The notes under the pieces: generated by a model | The model's input: only the letters and a program-made list of their open reading frames with translations | Told to the model about the DNA's origin: nothing | The model's database searches: none | Shown: piece by piece, positions 55,347 through 60,850 of the stretch | Numbering within the stretch: the stretch's first letter is position 1 | Layout of the letters: every line of letters begins with the position of its first letter | Assembly (NCBI GenBank): GCA_024239015.1 | Contig: JANBVM010000001.1 | Span: 1 to 60,850, forward strand | Direction of reading: 5' to 3' | DNA from: Patescibacteria group bacterium | GTDB taxonomy: Bacteria > Patescibacteriota > Minisyncoccia > Minisyncoccales > JANBVM01 | Length of the DNA stretch: 60,850 bases | Position numbers and translations under genes: made by a program

Positions 55347-57317
55347 ATGGTAGATCCCGATATAACTTCAGATAGAATTTTATCTTTAATTTCTGATCAA
55401 TGGCTTACGAAGGCAGATATTGCCTATAAATTAGGAATAAAACATTCTTCAGACAGAAAATATTTAACTAAAAAAATAGAAGAACTAAACCGTACAGAGA
55501 GGTTAATATCTCTTATTTATAATGACTGGGTTTATTGGAAACGTAACAATTCTGAAAGCATTGTAGAATTAAAGATTAGCTTTTGTTTAGCGATATTAGA
55601 TGAGGACCCATTTGATGCTGAGCTTTGGTACAAGCTAGGTAATCAGTATTTAGAATATGGGGGATATGACATGGAAGAGTTAAATATAGATCTTATTGTA
55701 ATAGATACTTTTATGCAAAGTAAAAAATGCTATAAAAATGCTCTAAGTGTTGTTGATCCCGAAATTAACCTCAAACTCTATTTTGATATTTTACTAAATT
55801 TAGCTGTGATTTATGTCATGCTCGGAGAACCGGATAAAGCACAATCTCAGATTGATTTCTTGCTTGAAATTGAAGAAGAATTTGAAGTAGATTTCATTGG
55901 TGAAATGTATAAGAAATTGGCGCAAGTCTATCTTAATAAAGCTGATTATAATCAAGCATTACATTATGCGACAGAGTCTCATATGAGATTATTAGAAGAT
56001 GAAACGCTAGAAATTATCTTCCATAAAATAGACATCGAAAAAAAAAAAGAAGAGGACTCCACTAAAAAAGATCTAACACTAGAATTGAGTATTAATCCTC
56101 TCGACCATCAAGAACTAAATGATCAAAATCTGGATTTTTTGCTACAGGAAGAGATACTTGCTAAATGGAAAAAAGAGACTGATAATAAAATTGTTTGGGT
56201 TGCACAATTAGAAGGTGTTGAATTTAAGCTTTATATCCCTAAATGGAGAATTCCTCAACCAGATCCAGAAGAAATTTTAATAAAAATATATTCTCCTTCT
56301 GAAAAGGTAGGAAAAGAAGAATTCATCACTAAAGATGATATTCAATTAAACCCTAAATTAAAAAATAATACCATTTATTCAGATATTCACAGAATTAGTG
56401 AGCATACTCAAACAATTAGATTTGATCCAGATGGAGACCGCGAGAATTGGGAAATAGGGAGCCCTTATATACCTAAATCAATATTAAAAGGAAATAATAT
56501 TGATAAACTTTCTATAGCAGTTGAATGGCTTAGTGAAAACGTTTTAGAAAAACCAGGAGCATTTTCAGCACAAGAGGATAGTACTTTATCTAAAAGCACA
56601 CAAGGTGAAGAGGTAGAAAATCTATTTGAAACCAATCAGCACTCAATTACTAAGGATGGAAATTTAAAAATTACTAGAAAGAATGTTTTAACTGTTATTG
56701 ATGGACCAAATTCCTTTGGTGAAGACTATAAAGATCAATTAGATTTAGAAAAAGTTGCTGATTACTCTCACGATTTAGATAAAAATGCAGGTCTTTATTA
56801 TTTTACAAAAACAACTGAAAATTACCACCAGCAAACTTATCTCTCTCGTATTGGGTATAAAGTACAACCATTTCATAAGGATATCGATTATGCTTTAAGG
56901 GATCTAATTAGAGAAAAGCTAAATTCAAATCAACCCCCAACCTTAATTCTCCTTGGTGCTAAGGATCAAGACTACACAGGTTTCATCAAACAAATTCGTA
57001 GAGAATTCAATATCGAGATAAAACTTGTGATTTCATCTGAAAAAGGTTTATCTAATTCACTTAAAAGATCATTTAAAGAAGAAGATATCTTAAAATTTCC
57101 AAAAGAAATGAAAATGGAATCTCGCGTTAGGGAATCAGTTTTTACATTTTTGGAAGGAGATGAGGGTCGTATTATTAGTAAGACTCAAACAGGAAAAATA
57201 TGTCTTCCAGATAGAGCAGGTAATTTTCAACCTAATGTAGGGGAGAAATGGATTTGTAAGATAAAAAAAGAATTTGATAGTTCAATAATTCTAACACTAA
57301 TCAAAAAGATTGGTTGA
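55347..57317 (+). CDS. wHTH + TPR-like + LabA-type NYN domain protein (putative)
   Basis: 656 aa. The N-terminus LTKADIAYKLGIKHSSDRKYLTKKIEELNRTERLISL is wHTH-like. AELWYKLGNQYLEYGGY and ALHYATESH are TPR-like. LTVIDGPNSFG ... KDIDYALRDLI ... LILLGAKDQDYTGFIKQIRREFNIEIKLV follows the LabA/NYN acidic pattern. Confidence 0.45.
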   Translation: MVDPDITSDRILSLISDQWLTKADIAYKLGIKHSSDRKYLTKKIEELNRTERLISLIYNDWVYWKRNNSESIVELKISFCLAILDEDPFDAELWYKLGNQYLEYGGYDMEELNIDLIVIDTFMQSKKCYKNALSVVDPEINLKLYFDILLNLAVIYVMLGEPDKAQSQIDFLLEIEEEFEVDFIGEMYKKLAQVYLNKADYNQALHYATESHMRLLEDETLEIIFHKIDIEKKKEEDSTKKDLTLELSINPLDHQELNDQNLDFLLQEEILAKWKKETDNKIVWVAQLEGVEFKLYIPKWRIPQPDPEEILIKIYSPSEKVGKEEFITKDDIQLNPKLKNNTIYSDIHRISEHTQTIRFDPDGDRENWEIGSPYIPKSILKGNNIDKLSIAVEWLSENVLEKPGAFSAQEDSTLSKSTQGEEVENLFETNQHSITKDGNLKITRKNVLTVIDGPNSFGEDYKDQLDLEKVADYSHDLDKNAGLYYFTKTTENYHQQTYLSRIGYKVQPFHKDIDYALRDLIREKLNSNQPPTLILLGAKDQDYTGFIKQIRREFNIEIKLVISSEKGLSNSLKRSFKEEDILKFPKEMKMESRVRESVFTFLEGDEGRIISKTQTGKICLPDRAGNFQPNVGEKWICKIKKEFDSSIILTLIKKIG

Positions 57318-57493
57318 GCTTTAAATACGTTAACTTAATAGTCAAGATAAAGAGGGTGAAATAATGCAAAAAAACTCAATTAGGTTAACTAAAAGAATTA
57401 TAAATGTAGAGGCTATTTTATAGTTCTAGCTAAGATTTAGATTTTTCATCTTTAAAAGAAGTCCAATCTCATTTGACAATGTTTCAGGTTTAA

Positions 57494-58372
57494 TTAAGCT
57501 TTAAGAATGTCTAATTTTCGAATTAATTCAGAAATTAAACGGTTATCTTGATTATTCATAATTCTATTCCATATGCCAGCTTGGTTCGCATTATGTGGTA
57601 AAGCTATATACTTTCCTTTTATATTATCTAAGTTATCCGATCTACTATAAAATTTTCCAATCTCGAATAGATACTCACCAAATTGGGTGGGTTTAATATT
57701 GAATTGTCTTTCAAATTCCTTTCTATTGTCGTCTAAGAATTTTAAAAATGTATTATTAGGTAGCAATCTTAGATATTTCTTTAGTTCTTCTTTTACCGCT
57801 TTTCCTAAGAAAATTAAACTTAAATTATCATTAAAACAATTTAATTCTTCAGTGAAATAATTTTTAGAGCATTCATTCCTAGCTTTACGTAGGAATTTAT
57901 CCTCAGTATAACATTTTGCTAGATCAGTACCATAAATCCTATCTAAATTATTTCTCAAATCCAATATTAGATCTATGTATTCCCATAATTCATGTTTACT
58001 TTTTAGGAGTTTTACATCAGAATAGAATCCTAACTCATACCAAATGTGTACGAAAGACCATTTCAACGGTTTATAATTTTCCTTTATAGCTTTTCTTAAT
58101 GAATTCTCGTTAGATACTTCTGAACCAATGATGACTATATCTTTATTAAAAAAAAAATTATTTTTATAAGACATCTTACCTACCCATCCTGGAAAGTCTT
58201 GATGACTACGATTTGAACAAATTTTGCATTTTGATTGTCTTTTCTGTCCATTAGTCATTAAAGATCTTATTATATCGCTTCTACTTTTTAATTCTTCTCC
58301 ATTTTGCTTTAAGATTTCATTAACTATTATTGGAGAGTAAATTTTTTCAAGTAGAAGTCTTAATGATCCCAT
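57494..58372 (-). CDS. divergent uracil-DNA glycosylase-superfamily-like protein (putative)
   Basis: 292 aa. The order CKIC ... DIVIIGSEVS ... IYGTDLAKCY ... C ... LSLIFLGKAV ... YIALPHNAN mirrors family 4/5 UDG blocks (CxxC, vGEaPG, T-N-x-v-K-C, LG-x-x-A, HPS), but with substituted catalytic motifs. Confidence 0.35.
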   Translation of the reverse strand: MGSLRLLLEKIYSPIIVNEILKQNGEELKSRSDIIRSLMTNGQKRQSKCKICSNRSHQDFPGWVGKMSYKNNFFFNKDIVIIGSEVSNENSLRKAIKENYKPLKWSFVHIWYELGFYSDVKLLKSKHELWEYIDLILDLRNNLDRIYGTDLAKCYTEDKFLRKARNECSKNYFTEELNCFNDNLSLIFLGKAVKEELKKYLRLLPNNTFLKFLDDNRKEFERQFNIKPTQFGEYLFEIGKFYSRSDNLDNIKGKYIALPHNANQAGIWNRIMNNQDNRLISELIRKLDILKA

Positions 58373-58633
58373 TTTATAACCTCTATAGCTATTAATGAAT
58401 TTTTATGGTATAAATAAGAGCATTTTACTTATTTAATTAAATGGTTTTCACCAAATAAATTATCCTTCAAAAACAAAATCGCATTATTTGGGTAATAAAC
58501 CTCAATTAAGAAATTTAATTTTACTATTAAATTCTGGTAAATTCAAGAAAAGAATTTACTAATTTATTCTTAAAAGTTAAATAGAAGCCCAATTTGTATA
58601 TAGTTAGATATTTGTTAATATTAGGGTGATTTT

Positions 58634-60220
58634 ATGACTTCATTAACTTTTCATGGTGGAATATCGACTATCGGTGGAAATTGCGTTATCATTGAGGAGA
58701 GCAACACTCGAATCATGTTTGACAATGGGATGTGCTTTTCCAGTGAAGGCGCTTATTACAAAGATTTCTCAAGTCCCAGGACGAACAACGATTTACGGGA
58801 TTATCTAAAATTAGGCTTAATTCCTGAAATTCCCGGGATATACGGAAAAGAAAAGATTAACGATGTGTGTCTCGAAGATGCTGATCCTGAGAGTGAGTAT
58901 TTATTTAAAGCCGATCTTATCAGTTATGAGGATTATATGGAAGATAATGGCGCACCATACATTTCCGCGCTATTTTTAACGCATGCTCATTTAGACCATG
59001 TCCGTAATATTATGTTTATGGCTCCCGAAATTCCTATTTATTGTTCTGAAATTACAAAACGACTATTAGAAATCATCTGCGACACTTCGGATTATGATTT
59101 TTTTCATTACAGTTATCATGAGAAAGGAGAGAGAAGTAAGAACAGTTTTTTTCCTGGTTCTGTATTTAAAAAAAAATGCAAAAGGGAGAGATTTTTAGAG
59201 ACAATCGTTCCTAATGAACCTATGGAACTTCCGGAAGAAAAAGGCCTTTTTAAAATAGAAGGTTATCCGGTCGATCATTCGGTACCTGGTGCGATGGCGT
59301 TTAAAGTCACTACAAAGAGTGGGAAGACGATAATATATACCGGGGATATAAGATTTCATGGACATGACTATGAGAAGAAAATATCTGATGATTTTGTAAA
59401 AAAGGTCGGTTCTAATCCAGACATTTTGATATCGGAAGGGACCAGAATTGGTGATAATAAGGAATTTGGTGAAAGCGATGTTTATCACAATATTAGTGCT
59501 TCATTGAAAAAAGACAACAACCTGTCAAAAAAGTTGATAATAGCATCTTTTCCTTGGAAGTCTATTTCACGCTTTGTTACAGTCCATCAAATTGCTAAGG
59601 ATTTAAAAAGAGTTTTAGTAATTCAACCGAAATTGGCGTATACAATTCACAATTTGCAAGATTTTGATTCAATAATGATAAAAGGAGTTTTAAAAGAAGA
59701 TACTGTAAAGATATTCTTACCAAGGAAATATAGTATGATTTATTCTGATGATGATTATAAAACGACTAAATATCATGTATCCTATGATGTAAAATGGCCA
59801 AAGAACCAGCCAATTGGGTTCTATTCAGCTGAATATGGAGAAAATATTTTAGTCAGGGCATGTGATATAAAAGAAAATCCGAGTGATTATTTACTGCACC
59901 TTAACTTTTATGAGCTTAACGAGTTAATTGATATCTGTCCTCCGAAAGATAGTTATTTTTTCAATCTTAAGACAGAGCCTTTTGATGAGGAGGGAGAGCT
60001 TGAAGAAAAAGTTCTTATGAATTGGATATCGAAATTCAGTTTACAATTTGAAGGAGAGAAATATCACGCGTCTGGTCATGCTCCGGGCATTCATATCAGA
60101 GAGATGATAAATAAAATTAGACCAATGAAGATTTTTCCAATTCATACTGAAAAGCCAGAACTATTTAAATATGAAAATGCTGAGACACACATAATAAAAG
60201 GGCAGAAATATTTCATTTAA
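58634..60220 (+). CDS. metallo-beta-lactamase/beta-CASP ribonuclease, RNase J-like
   Basis: 528 aa. FLTHAHLDHVRN is the HxHxDH motif. It also has VDHSVPGA and TGDIRFHG. The C-terminal KYHASGHAPGIHIREMINKIRPMKIFPIHTE is the RNase J/beta-CASP motif C region. GGGTGA lies upstream of the ATG. Confidence 0.7.
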   Translation: MTSLTFHGGISTIGGNCVIIEESNTRIMFDNGMCFSSEGAYYKDFSSPRTNNDLRDYLKLGLIPEIPGIYGKEKINDVCLEDADPESEYLFKADLISYEDYMEDNGAPYISALFLTHAHLDHVRNIMFMAPEIPIYCSEITKRLLEIICDTSDYDFFHYSYHEKGERSKNSFFPGSVFKKKCKRERFLETIVPNEPMELPEEKGLFKIEGYPVDHSVPGAMAFKVTTKSGKTIIYTGDIRFHGHDYEKKISDDFVKKVGSNPDILISEGTRIGDNKEFGESDVYHNISASLKKDNNLSKKLIIASFPWKSISRFVTVHQIAKDLKRVLVIQPKLAYTIHNLQDFDSIMIKGVLKEDTVKIFLPRKYSMIYSDDDYKTTKYHVSYDVKWPKNQPIGFYSAEYGENILVRACDIKENPSDYLLHLNFYELNELIDICPPKDSYFFNLKTEPFDEEGELEEKVLMNWISKFSLQFEGEKYHASGHAPGIHIREMINKIRPMKIFPIHTEKPELFKYENAETHIIKGQKYFI

Positions 60221-60328
60221 TAGGAAAAGACACCTTCATACCTCTAACGACGATCAGAAATAATCTTGTGATATTTAAATATTAAACACATACATATTAA
60301 ACATCATCCTATTATTGAGTGAGGTCAA

Positions 60329-60850
60329 ATGGAAAAGACAGAAAAATCAGTAAGACTCACCTTATTAGGGGGTGTAAATGAAGTAGGGGGCAATATAGTA
60401 TTATTAGAGGATCTTAAATACGACGTAAAAGTGTTCTTAGATTTTGGGATTAAGATTAAAAAATATAAGAATGAATATGAGCGTAATCAGTATCCATCAT
60501 CAATAGATGAATTGGTAAGGCTTTGTTTACTTCCTAATGAAGACCATATTCAACTTGAGAACTTATATATTAAAGAGTTCAAATTTGCCAAACAAAATGT
60601 GAAAATAGAGATTAAAGATAACGGTCAAATTAATGCTGATAATCGTTTCTCTAATTTAGATGGGATTTTTATCTCACATCCGCATAAGGATCATTATTTT
60701 GGCCTATCTTTCATAAATCGAACTATTCCTATCTACACAGGGGTTGTTACGAAAAGAATTATTCGCGCTTACTGTAAATCTTCTAAGGTTTCAATTGAAA
60801 ATAATTTTAATGGTTTGAATTGGCAGCCATTCCGAACTGGAGATATCATA
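60329..60850 (+). CDS. second MBL-fold (RNase J-like) protein, N-terminal 174 codons, runs off the right edge
   Basis: Not in the ORF track because it has no stop in the window. ATG at 60329 follows GTGAGGT. It reads MEKTEKSVRLTLLGGVNEVGGNIVLLEDLKYDVKVFLDFG...FISHPHKDHYFG (HxHxDH), and the frame is open to 60850. Confidence 0.65.
   Translation, partial: MEKTEKSVRLTLLGGVNEVGGNIVLLEDLKYDVKVFLDFGIKIKKYKNEYERNQYPSSIDELVRLCLLPNEDHIQLENLYIKEFKFAKQNVKIEIKDNGQINADNRFSNLDGIFISHPHKDHYFGLSFINRTIPIYTGVVTKRIIRAYCKSSKVSIENNFNGLNWQPFRTGDII

Noticed and set aside
1-60850. Search for CRISPR arrays, rRNA and tRNA genes
   Set aside because: I found no regularly spaced short direct repeats with unique spacers and no G/C-rich structured RNA-like segments in any spacer. 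The only periodic repeats are coding (18727-19278, 45659-45772).

Overview
Very A+T-rich prokaryotic accessory region: hand counts of single 60-nt lines give about 25% G+C in most genes and about 38-47% in a few patches. It is probably from a low-GC archaeon, judging by protein style, oligo-T runs after stops and the DUF1156/DUF499 and RNase J-like genes, but the taxon cannot be proven from this window. I support about 51 CDS and two decayed genes. I found no rRNA, tRNA or CRISPR array and no integrase or transposase. Nearly every recognisable gene belongs to a conflict or defence family. These include: an orphan MNT nucleotidyltransferase; a duplicated TIR-like plus zinc-ribbon membrane pair; three Panacea/SocA-like proteins with different partners (a SAMHD1-like HD hydrolase, a 105-aa basic protein, and a RelE-like protein with an inserted zinc ribbon); DUF3800; several PD-(D/E)xK nucleases; a NYN RNase next to a 1117-aa Rad50/SMC-like ATPase; a topo-zinc-finger protein with two GIY-YIG-like domains opposite a NERD-UvrD helicase; a type II R-M module; a Mrr-like/P-loop STAND-like protein; a helicase(DUF3883)-methylase(DUF1156)-ATPase(DUF499)-Mrr operon; an ADP-ribosylglycohydrolase; an HD-GHKL ATPase; a wHTH-TPR-NYN protein; a UDG-fold protein; and two RNase J-like MBL genes. 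The most unusual signal is not a gene. It is a 15-nt intergenic word, [CGGTTA or TAACCG]+TTTCACGAA, present in at least 14 copies. It sits at almost every module boundary in the first 37 kb and is absent from the last 24 kb. The two forms are the two halves of one complete 24-bp palindrome at 4961-4984 (9-bp arms, 6-bp asymmetric spacer). That palindrome lies at the symmetry centre of a mirrored 6.9-kb segment flanked by ~0.94-kb inverted repeats. I read this as a candidate cassette-boundary or recombination-site system that organises a defence island. That interpretation is inference. All family calls come from motif recognition by eye, not from searches.
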